IMG/VR virus record: IMGVR_UViG_3300035659_000020
Span: 1-52,287 of that record
Reading direction: 5' to 3' (one strand)
From: a virus
Lineage: Duplodnaviria > Caudoviricetes
Length of the DNA stretch: 52,287 nucleotides
Made by a program: the position numbers and the translations under genes. The notes under the pieces are model-generated. The model was not told the origin of the DNA and did no database searches. It saw only the letters and a program-made list of their open reading frames with translations. Position 1 is the stretch's first letter. Every line of letters begins with the position of its first letter. Positions 8,613 through 15,307 of the stretch are shown one piece after another.

Positions 8613-8641
8613 ATTATATCATATTGTTAAGGTTCTGTCAA
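8613..8641 (-). promoter_or_regulatory. Consensus sigma70/sigmaA promoter with extended -10
   Basis: TTGACA-17 nt-TATAAT preceded by TG, just upstream of tRNA-Ile(TAT). Confidence 0.9.
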
Positions 8642-8647
8642 GAGATG

Positions 8648-8793
8648 AATCAATCTGGTATTCAGGTCGCTCAATTGTGTAATGCACTTCCTCTCTCGAT
8701 TTATACCAGTTCGGAGAGTGAGGGGGTTGTCTGACCCACCGCCCTACACTTACGTCTTAGTGACGCGTTGCCCAAGATTATACCAGATTGATT
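8648..8793 (-). ncRNA. Unclassified ~146-nt structured RNA
   Basis: Terminal inverted repeat AATCAATCTGGTA/TACCAGATTGATT, nested stems, GC-rich, directly after tRNA-Met. Confidence 0.6.
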
Positions 8794-8796
8794 AGG

Positions 8797-8869
8797 TAGC
8801 AGAACTGGGATTCGAACCCAGGATGTGAGTTTATGAGGCTCATGACGTAGGCCACTGGTCTATTCTGCT
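8797..8869 (-). tRNA. tRNA-Met(CAT)
   Basis: TGAGC-CTCATAA-ACTCA; T arm CTGGG-TTCGAAT-CCCAG. Confidence 0.88.
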
Positions 8870-8962
8870 ATGTCGTATTTCATTCTCAACAATTCTATCC
8901 ATTCTTTTCTTTTTGCAAGAGTTTCTTTTACATAAATATATTTATTCATATTGTCTCCGCAG

Positions 8963-9034
8963 TTGAGGAAGAGAGAGTTGCACTCCCATGTGTCGCCGTA
9001 TCAGGACGATGGCTTTCTGGTTGCCTATTCCTCA
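8963..9034 (-). tRNA. tRNA-Ile(GAT)
   Basis: TCGTC-CTGATAC-GGCGA. Confidence 0.85.
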
Positions 9035-9250
9035 CTAATCCATACTGAAATATACAAATGCTGTATTATCATCATTCCATACCACATTGTTTAATAAGAT
9101 TGACCAACCTTTAAAGAATTTCTTTCCATGTTCTTTAGCTATAGTTTCAGCATCATGTCTATTATAAGTTCTACATAGTCTGATTTCTTTATCACTACAT
9201 CCCATTACACAAGGTCTTTCATAAATTATAATAAATAATTCTTCTTCCAT
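9035..9250 (-). CDS. Hypothetical protein
   Basis: AAGGAG RBS before MEEELF; the longer track ORF runs through tRNA-Val. Confidence 0.6.
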   Translation of the reverse strand: MEEELFIIIYERPCVMGCSDKEIRLCRTYNRHDAETIAKEHGKKFFKGWSILLNNVVWNDDNTAFVYFSMD

Positions 9251-9266
9251 ATGTTTCTCCTTTAGG

Positions 9267-9340
9267 TGGACTTGGCAAGGCTCGAACTTGCGACTTCTTT
9301 CTTGTAGGGGAAGTGTACTCACCAACTATACGACAAGTCC
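9267..9340 (-). tRNA. tRNA-Val(TAC)
   Basis: GGACTTG/CAAGTCC-A; loop CCTACAA (C33). Confidence 0.85.
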
Positions 9341-9412
9341 TGGGTGCGGTTTATCTAGTGCACTAGGAGATACTCCACCCAACCACCAAGTCTTTTTAGT
9401 ATCTCTGTAAGG

Positions 9413-9485
9413 TTGCAGAAGTGAGATTTGAACTCACGCCACATGCTTCCAACGCACGGATGCTACCAGACTACAACATTCCGCA
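9413..9485 (-). tRNA. tRNA-Pro(TGG)
   Basis: CGTGC-GTTGGAA-GCATG. Confidence 0.85.
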
Positions 9486-9486
9486 G

Positions 9487-9560
9487 AGTCTCCAGCGAGA
9501 GTCGGACTCGCAACCTTTAGCTTAGAAGGCTATTGCTCTATTCCATTGAGCTATGGAGAC
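9487..9560 (-). tRNA. tRNA-Arg(TCT)
   Basis: TAGC-CTTCTAA-GCTA; T loop TCCGACT. Confidence 0.9.
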
Positions 9561-9565
9561 ATAGG

Positions 9566-9639
9566 TGCTCTTGAGAGGAGTCGAACCTCCAGAATATTGG
9601 GTCTAAACCAATTGCATATGCCAATTCTGCTACAAGAGC
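9566..9639 (-). tRNA. tRNA-Leu(TAG), short variable loop
   Basis: ATTGG-TTTAGAC-CCAAT. Confidence 0.88.
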
Positions 9640-9642
9640 ATG

Positions 9643-9716
9643 TGCTGGTAACTGGAGTCGAACCAGTAAAATTCTATGTTTGAGATAGACACATATGCCA
9701 ATTCTGTTATACCAGC
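9643..9716 (-). tRNA. tRNA-Leu(CAA), short variable loop
   Basis: TCTAT-CTCAAAC-ATAGA. Confidence 0.88.
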
Positions 9717-9720
9717 AAGG

Positions 9721-9794
9721 TGCTCCTGAGTGGAGTCGAACCACCAAACACATTATCTTAAGTAATGCGGATATGCCAATTCTCCTACAAGAGC
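9721..9794 (-). tRNA. tRNA-Leu(TAA), short variable loop
   Basis: CATTA-CTTAAGA-TAATG. Confidence 0.88.
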
Positions 9795-9953
9795 ATTTAT
9801 TTCTTTTTATTCTTCTTAGATTCTACCACAGGTACATTAAAATAACATGAATAGAACATTAGAGATTTGTGGTAATAAACATAATCAGCCGTATCAATAG
9901 GGATTTTGCTAGTTACCGTTCTAAACGAAGTATTTCTAGGCAGATTGGAAAGT

Positions 9954-10124
9954 TTAGTTAGAAGTATCATCAACCTCCAAACCATGTAGAGGGCAATCAG
10001 AAGTTATCCAAAATTCAGGCTTACCATTTTTATCAATGTATGCACCTTTACCATACTCATTATCCAATACTGGGCAAGTACAACCTAAATCTTGTGCTTC
10101 TTTACTACCAGGGTTTGGTATCAT
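9954..10124 (-). CDS. Small Cys/His (probable Zn-binding) phage protein, 56 aa
   Basis: Below track cutoff; AAGGAG RBS; MIPNPGSKEAQDLGCTCPVLDNEYGKG...FWITSDCPLHG. Confidence 0.7.
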   Translation of the reverse strand: MIPNPGSKEAQDLGCTCPVLDNEYGKGAYIDKNGKPEFWITSDCPLHGLEVDDTSN

Positions 10125-10138
10125 TTGATTCTCCTTAG

Positions 10139-10210
10139 AGCCTCTTCTCAGATTTGCGCTGAGTTTTTCACGTTACAAGGGTGACACATCGCTATCAATG
10201 CTTAAGAGGC
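10139..10210 (-). tRNA. tRNA-Thr(TGT)
   Basis: GCCTCTT/AAGAGGC; loop CTTGTAA. Confidence 0.85.
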
Positions 10211-10215
10211 AGAGG

Positions 10216-10287
10216 CTGGCACGACTAGACTCGGACTAATACTAAGTGATTCAAAGTCACTTGTGCTACCGATTACACCACATGCCA
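10216..10287 (-). tRNA. tRNA-Gln(TTG)
   Basis: U1-A72; AGTGA-CTTTGAA-TCACT; T loop TCCGAGT. Confidence 0.88.
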
Positions 10288-10292
10288 ATAAG

Positions 10293-10375
10293 AGGAAGAT
10301 AACTGAATTGCACAGTCACCCTTTCGGATGGTCTAGTTTTCAAGACTAGTTAGGAACTATTTCCTACTATCTTCC
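10293..10375 (-). tRNA. tRNA-Ser(TGA)
   Basis: CTAGT-CTTGAAA-ACTAG; long variable arm with GAAA loop; D arm TAGGA/TCCTA without GG loop. Confidence 0.85.
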
Positions 10376-10376
10376 A

Positions 10377-10691
10377 TTATAAAATATAATTCTTTAGTTG
10401 TTTTTGATGACAATTAGCACAACGTAACTCAAATTTATCTAAATCTTCTTTACCAATAATTATTCTATCTGTAAGTCTAGCACCACTATCAAGACTACCA
10501 TAATTACTATCTTTACGAGTACGTAAAACAGGTATCTTATGGTCTATTTGTAAAACTCTTACATCAGAGTTTCCACAATCTATACATTTTCCACCTAACA
10601 AATCAATCACAGTCTGTCTACGTTTAACAATCTGTTCTCTTCTCCATAGACGTTGAAATTCTTTTTGTTTTTGTATATCTTTATATGGCAT
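10377..10691 (-). CDS. HNH endonuclease
   Basis: CIDCG...LQIDH...CANCH. Confidence 0.85.
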   Translation of the reverse strand: MPYKDIQKQKEFQRLWRREQIVKRRQTVIDLLGGKCIDCGNSDVRVLQIDHKIPVLRTRKDSNYGSLDSGARLTDRIIIGKEDLDKFELRCANCHQKQLKNYIL

Positions 10692-10713
10692 TATGTAACC
10701 TCACATTCTTAGG

Positions 10714-10794
10714 TGGAGCTGGCGGGGAGTCGAACCCCGCGTATCCAGTAATAGTAGTAATAATATACACCACACGGCGAACCCGTACAGCCCC
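10714..10794 (-). ncRNA. Mini-tmRNA: tRNA-like domain only, no tag reading frame or pseudoknots
   Basis: 5' GGGGCTGTACGGGTTCG and 3' ACGCGGGGTTCGACTCCCCGCCAGCTCCA-CC match tmRNA ends; G3:U70; no D stem; about 30-nt hairpin between the ends. Confidence 0.75.
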
Positions 10795-10871
10795 AAACGT
10801 TTGTTTTCTACGCAGTAAATTACCCTATGAAAACATACAGTCTCTCAGTGATAGAGCAGTGACCCACTAGG

Positions 10872-10942
10872 CGGAGACAGCGAATCTCGAAATCGCACCA
10901 ACACTTCGACAAAGTGCCATTCTTCCTTTAAACTATGCCTCC
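10872..10942 (-). tRNA. tRNA-Asp(GTC)
   Basis: GCACT-TTGTCGA-AGTGT; G73. Confidence 0.87.
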
Positions 10943-11009
10943 AATAAAGACAAGGATAAGGTCTGATTGTCCTCTACATCTTATATCTGCTATAAAGCCT
11001 TGTCTATAG

Positions 11010-11083
11010 AGTGCCCGACAGGATTTGAACCTGTATTTATCTTGATTCACAGTCAAGTGCCTTACCAGTTAGGCTACGGGTAC
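11010..11083 (-). tRNA. tRNA-His(GTG)
   Basis: CTTGA-CTGTGAA-TCAAG. Confidence 0.88.
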
Positions 11084-11089
11084 ACTATT

Positions 11090-11326
11090 TTATTCTTTAG
11101 TACTATCAACAGCTTCTATTTCAACATCATAGAAGTTGTAATCTAATACAGCTTTTAGCTCTTTCTTTACTTTATCAAATTGTATAAGGATATCTTTATT
11201 GGCTTCAAAGGCATCTTTATTTTGTACAACTACAGCTTTCATCAAGTCCATATCCTCAATATATTTCTTGACAGTTTTAATCATAAAGTTTCTAATTGCA
11301 TGTACGTTTCCAGCTTTTTCTTCCAT
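11090..11326 (-). CDS. Hypothetical helical protein
   Basis: AAGGAG RBS; ORF between tRNAs. Confidence 0.6.
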   Translation of the reverse strand: MEEKAGNVHAIRNFMIKTVKKYIEDMDLMKAVVVQNKDAFEANKDILIQFDKVKKELKAVLDYNFYDVEIEAVDSTKE

Positions 11327-11345
11327 GTTTTATTTCTCCTTCAGG

Positions 11346-11416
11346 CAGGTCGGGAGCGACTTGAACGCTCAATAAATGTTTTGGAGACACCCAGTTTACC
11401 ATTAGCTTACCAACCT
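11346..11416 (-). tRNA. tRNA-Trp(CCA)
   Basis: AGGTTGG/CCGACCT-G; loop CTCCAAA. Confidence 0.88.
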
Positions 11417-11421
11417 ACAGG

Positions 11422-11494
11422 CGGGTGAGGAAGGGATTGCACCTCCAACCTTACGGTTAACAGCCGTCTGCTCTGACTGTTGAGCTACACACCC
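11422..11494 (-). tRNA. tRNA-Asn(GTT)
   Basis: ACGG-CTGTTAA-CCGT; G73. Confidence 0.88.
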
Positions 11495-11506
11495 ACTTAT
11501 TACTAT

Positions 11507-11534
11507 ATTATACCACAACTTAGGATTTTGTCAA
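11507..11534 (-). promoter_or_regulatory. sigma70/sigmaA promoter at the head of the tRNA array
   Basis: TTGACA-16 nt-TATAAT with TG, 12 nt upstream of tRNA-Asn. Confidence 0.85.
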
Positions 11535-11753
11535 GGGTTTAGCAGTTATCTTTTGACCTTTTGGCAACAGATTACCACCATTCATCAAATAAATAGGGGC
11601 TATTTTACCCCATAATCCTTGTGGAACAAGCATCTTACCTCTGTTCTTCCCAAATATAGGAAATTTTAATCCTATTAAAGATTTAAATTTATTATCTGTA
11701 CACTGTTTATAAAATAATATTACTCTTGTATCATCTATTATTTTATAGTTCAT
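11520..11753 (-). CDS. Hypothetical protein
   Basis: Start overlaps upstream stop. Confidence 0.45.
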   Translation of the reverse strand: MNYKIIDDTRVILFYKQCTDNKFKSLIGLKFPIFGKNRGKMLVPQGLWGKIAPIYLMNGGNLLPKGQKITAKPLTKS

Positions 11754-12016
11754 TATATAATTATTCCTGTTACAGATTCTACTTCAATTATCTCTGCTTT
11801 AGTTTCAAAGACAGCTTTCTTAACCTTAGCTACTTCTTCTGGAGGTTTACAAAGTTCACATATAGGATACTTGTTTAACCTAGCATCTGACACTTGAACA
11901 AATGCTTTGGCATCAATTCCACAAGCGGTCATACCATCCGAACAAACATGTAAAAGTTGTTTCTCATCTAGTAAATAATAAAAGGTCTTGCCTACTTCTT
12001 TATTCATTTTTTTCAC
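11753..12016 (-). CDS. Hypothetical protein, possible Zn finger
   Basis: H..C...TACG...CELC. Confidence 0.55.
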   Translation of the reverse strand: MKKMNKEVGKTFYYLLDEKQLLHVCSDGMTACGIDAKAFVQVSDARLNKYPICELCKPPEEVAKVKKAVFETKAEIIEVESVTGIII

Positions 12017-12225
12017 TCCGTATGTACTTCTTCTAATAAACCCTCTATAATTTTAGGGTTTACTAAATTATTTTTCATCATGTAGTTCAATAATACTACT
12101 AAAGTATCCTTACCGATGATTATAGAATCATCGGTAAGTATGAACACTCTAGAATCTCTGTTCTTTCTTATTACCAGAGTATCTGTTCCTGGTAATGCCG
12201 TAATAGAAATAGTATCTTTATTCAT
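12013..12225 (-). CDS. Hypothetical protein
   Basis: Coupled ORF. Confidence 0.55.
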   Translation of the reverse strand: MNKDTISITALPGTDTLVIRKNRDSRVFILTDDSIIIGKDTLVVLLNYMMKNNLVNPKIIEGLLEEVHTE

Positions 12226-12589
12226 TAGTTCCTGGTACTAAAATCGCAGGAAAATTTTCTTCTTCTCCTAAGGATTGTTCCATTCTTGTCCCCATCTCAA
12301 TTACAAATTCAGGAGAATTAATATAGTTATTAAGGGCTATCATAACAGTAGCCAAAGCAGAATCAGAATTAATATCATAGCCTTTTACATTCATAGCAAC
12401 TTCTCCCCAATGCTTTCCATCTGCTGAAGAACCTACTTGCATAGTACCATTAGCTTTCCACATATTATCAGGCTCTTTAGCAGTATGAATAGTCAATTGC
12501 ATATAATGTGATTGTATATCTCTTAACATAGCACCATATTTATCTATCATGGTTTCATCAACTTTTTCTACAGACTTCTTTTGTCCCAT
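12218..12589 (-). CDS. Hypothetical protein
   Basis: Coupled ORF. Confidence 0.55.
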   Translation of the reverse strand: MGQKKSVEKVDETMIDKYGAMLRDIQSHYMQLTIHTAKEPDNMWKANGTMQVGSSADGKHWGEVAMNVKGYDINSDSALATVMIALNNYINSPEFVIEMGTRMEQSLGEEENFPAILVPGTNE

Positions 12590-13200
12590 TTTGTGTACTC
12601 CTCAATTCTATTGTGTAACTTTTCTAATATGATTACATCTTCTTCATTGTGAGATAAGACTTCTTTTAGTGCTTTCTTATCTCCATATTGTGCTAGAAAC
12701 CATACTGCGGGGTCTAGGTTATTCTTACCATCTATCCCTAAGAATTCAGTTACAACTCCTAGAGATTTTCTATGTAGAGAAAATAATCTCTTTGCCTTGA
12801 AATACAAATCCCAATGATATATCTGACCAAATTTTGGAAAAGGTAATCTCCATCTTTCTGAACGTGTTCGTAAGAATGGTATATCAAAACCTGTTCCATA
12901 GTAAGTAACTACAATATCTACACTTTCTAATAAATCTAGTAACTCTTTCACTATTCTTTTATCAAACGTACCACTACTTATATCTTTCTGTGTTATAACT
13001 TCTGAATAAATATGTTTATCATCTTTAAACTTCACACACCATGTTAATACTATTCCAAAATTTGCTTTCAAATCACTTGTTTCTATATCCAGATAAGCTA
13101 TCTTTTTATCAGACCACCAATCATATTTTATTAAACCTTTTCTAAAGCAATTCGGATGAGTTCTTATGGTGTGTCTATGTATACATCTTTGTTCACTCAT
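12568..13200 (-). CDS. DEDD-superfamily 3'-5' exonuclease (YprB/RNase_H_2-like)
   Basis: LDIET, TYYGTGFDIPFL, HWDL, HNEEDV. Confidence 0.85.
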   Translation of the reverse strand: MSEQRCIHRHTIRTHPNCFRKGLIKYDWWSDKKIAYLDIETSDLKANFGIVLTWCVKFKDDKHIYSEVITQKDISSGTFDKRIVKELLDLLESVDIVVTYYGTGFDIPFLRTRSERWRLPFPKFGQIYHWDLYFKAKRLFSLHRKSLGVVTEFLGIDGKNNLDPAVWFLAQYGDKKALKEVLSHNEEDVIILEKLHNRIEEYTKWDKRSL

Positions 13201-13582
13201 TTTTTATTATTCCCTTTTTCTTGAATATCTCTTGCACATCTTTAGCTCGTATATTACTATTCAGGGATTGTACTCTATCCAAAAAGGAAGCATCAGAAAA
13301 TTCACCTCCTAAAATATAAGCTATCCTATCGGTAACTTTATCAAATGCCATTGACACAGTTTGCCTATTTATGTTCAAGAGTTTAGAAATCTCAGCATAA
13401 TTAAATCCAGTGTATACAGCAGATAAAACATCCTTCTCTAATTCAGAAAGCAAGTCTGACTTCTGTAAGTCATCTATACATTTTTGAATAAGGAGACAGT
13501 CGTTGTAATCATCTGCATCAATGTTACCATTCTCTAATATGAATGGCATCTGCCGTATGTATTCCTCGATTACCCAACTCAT
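13193..13582 (-). CDS. HTH protein resembling sigma70 region 4
   Basis: LSELEKDVL...GFNYAEISKLLNINRQTV. Confidence 0.7.
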   Translation of the reverse strand: MSWVIEEYIRQMPFILENGNIDADDYNDCLLIQKCIDDLQKSDLLSELEKDVLSAVYTGFNYAEISKLLNINRQTVSMAFDKVTDRIAYILGGEFSDASFLDRVQSLNSNIRAKDVQEIFKKKGIIKNE

Positions 13583-13608
13583 GCAAACATGCTCCTTTAC
13601 TGTTCTCT

Positions 13609-13637
13609 ATTATACCACATAACTCTAGTTTTGTCAA
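13609..13637 (-). promoter_or_regulatory. Consensus sigma70/sigmaA promoter
   Basis: TTGACA-17 nt-TATAAT with TG, followed by AAGGAG RBS of the HTH gene. Confidence 0.9.
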
Positions 13638-14014
13638 GAATCAAGGTATGCTTTACGCTCACTGGCACTTTGAGTTCTCCATACATCTATCATTTCTTCA
13701 TTAACCCTGAACAACAACTCATCAGCTCTCAAATCACCAGTAAGAACAGCTATCTCAGTCTTAAGTACAGCGAGTGTTCCTTTAGTAGAATCACTTATGC
13801 CCAATATATGATAAGTACTTATAATATGTGCATTACTGGGTGGTTTATCTCCTACCCAATACTTCTTATCCTTGGTAACTATATCTGTAATCTCTGCTTG
13901 TACTAAATCTAAATTAGCTTCACTTAACATAATCTTAGTTTTCTTATTTCCAATCTCAGATGCTAATTTAATCATATCATCAAAATCGGGTAACTCAATC
14001 TTTTTCATTATCAT
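13634..14014 (-). CDS. Helical protein, possibly UvsY-like recombination mediator
   Basis: Size, coiled-coil character, C-terminal IDVWRTQSASER, RecA/SSB context (inference). Confidence 0.45.
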   Translation of the reverse strand: MIMKKIELPDFDDMIKLASEIGNKKTKIMLSEANLDLVQAEITDIVTKDKKYWVGDKPPSNAHIISTYHILGISDSTKGTLAVLKTEIAVLTGDLRADELLFRVNEEMIDVWRTQSASERKAYLDS

Positions 14015-14474
14015 ACTCCTCTAAAAATTCTATAAAGCTATAGTACTTTTCTATATTATTTACAATAGCTTTCTCACCTGTTGTTGTAATAGGTGTTGGT
14101 AATATCTCATTGATATACGCTCCTAATTCTTCTGGTGACATCCCATCTTTATATATTAGTAATGGATTAAAATCAAGGGTAGAATCTAATATAGACATTC
14201 CCCAAGTCTTAGCCACTGAATACACATATAAAGATGATACTGATAATCTATTAGATATACTTGACGCAGAGAGTCCTTCTGCAATCAATTTGATTACATC
14301 TAAGTCAGCCTTCAGTGTTAGATAATGCACATCATATCCAGATGATTCTGATAACACTTTAGAAATTATCTCCCAACTGGTAAAAGACTTCTCAGGATAC
14401 TTTTCCAATAACTCATCTGCTTTGGAAAGAAATACCACTTTAAATTTATTCAATTCCTCCTTGTTGTTTTTCAT
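13995..14474 (-). CDS. Hypothetical protein with possible HTH
   Basis: LIAEGLSASSISNRLSVS. Confidence 0.55.
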   Translation of the reverse strand: MKNNKEELNKFKVVFLSKADELLEKYPEKSFTSWEIISKVLSESSGYDVHYLTLKADLDVIKLIAEGLSASSISNRLSVSSLYVYSVAKTWGMSILDSTLDFNPLLIYKDGMSPEELGAYINEILPTPITTTGEKAIVNNIEKYYSFIEFLEEYDNEKD

Positions 14475-14886
14475 ATAATCCTAATAACTCCTCATGCATA
14501 TTTTCTACAAATTCCATTAGTTTATCCCATGTCTCAAAGTCCATAGCTATGACATGTCTAACTCCTGTTTTTGATTTTTCAAATTTTAGTAACACTACAG
14601 GCAGAGCAAAGTTTTGGTCAGCTTCCATCTTTATCTTATCAAACCATTCTTTACGTACCTGCATTTGTGTACCACCATATCCTACCTTAGCCTCTGCTAC
14701 AAAAGTTGTAGGCAGAAATTCGTAGTCTCCTACTAAATCTCCTTTGAGAATTGGCATATCCAAAATGGTTCCCAACGCTCCCGAACCAGGATTCCTTCTC
14801 CAAGTAGACGGAAACTGTTGATTGAGCAACAGAACCGCATCTCTCTCCCATCTACTACCCTTATCCTTATTTTTATTTTCTGACAT
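14446..14886 (-). CDS. PD-(D/E)XK nuclease, Holliday junction resolvase-like
   Basis: KGSRWER...PGSGA...GDL...EAK. Confidence 0.8.
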   Translation of the reverse strand: MSENKNKDKGSRWERDAVLLLNQQFPSTWRRNPGSGALGTILDMPILKGDLVGDYEFLPTTFVAEAKVGYGGTQMQVRKEWFDKIKMEADQNFALPVVLLKFEKSKTGVRHVIAMDFETWDKLMEFVENMHEELLGLYEKQQGGIE

Positions 14887-15307
14887 AATTGTTATATCTC
14901 TCTAAATAATCAATGGTATTTTTTAGTAAATCAATATTATCATGTGCCATTCCTAATATTGTATTACAACTATAACAAAGTAATCCTCTTACTTTACCCG
15001 TTTCATGGTCATGGTCAACAAATAATGATTTTTTAAATTCACTTTGATGTCTACCACAAATAGAACAACATCCTTTTTGTATTATAAACAACTCATTATA
15101 TTGTTCTTTACTAATACCATAAAAATATCTTAATAATCTATCTTTTTCATAGCCAGGATTATTTTTTCTATAATCTCTTCTTTGTTTACTAATTTTTTCT
15201 TTATGAGTTTTTCTATATTCTCTTTTATATTCTGCAAGTGCAGCTTTACGTTCTGCACTAAGTCCTCTTTCATGTCTTCTTCTATCTTCTGCATTTTTAT
15301 ATGGCAT
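14873..15307 (-). CDS. Endonuclease VII-family (HNH) nuclease
   Basis: CSICG...VDHDHETGKVRGLLCYSCNTILG. Confidence 0.9.
   Translation of the reverse strand: MPYKNAEDRRRHERGLSAERKAALAEYKREYRKTHKEKISKQRRDYRKNNPGYEKDRLLRYFYGISKEQYNELFIIQKGCCSICGRHQSEFKKSLFVDHDHETGKVRGLLCYSCNTILGMAHDNIDLLKNTIDYLERYNNYVRK

Noticed and set aside
8648-8793. RNase P or SRP RNA
   Set aside because: Too short for RNase P and lacks the GAGGAAAGTCC core; lacks the SRP helix 8 motif.
10795-10870. Missing tmRNA coding piece (two-piece permuted tmRNA)
   Set aside because: The mini-tmRNA ends are in normal, non-permuted order and this spacer shows no convincing tag frame ending in Ala-Ala-stop.
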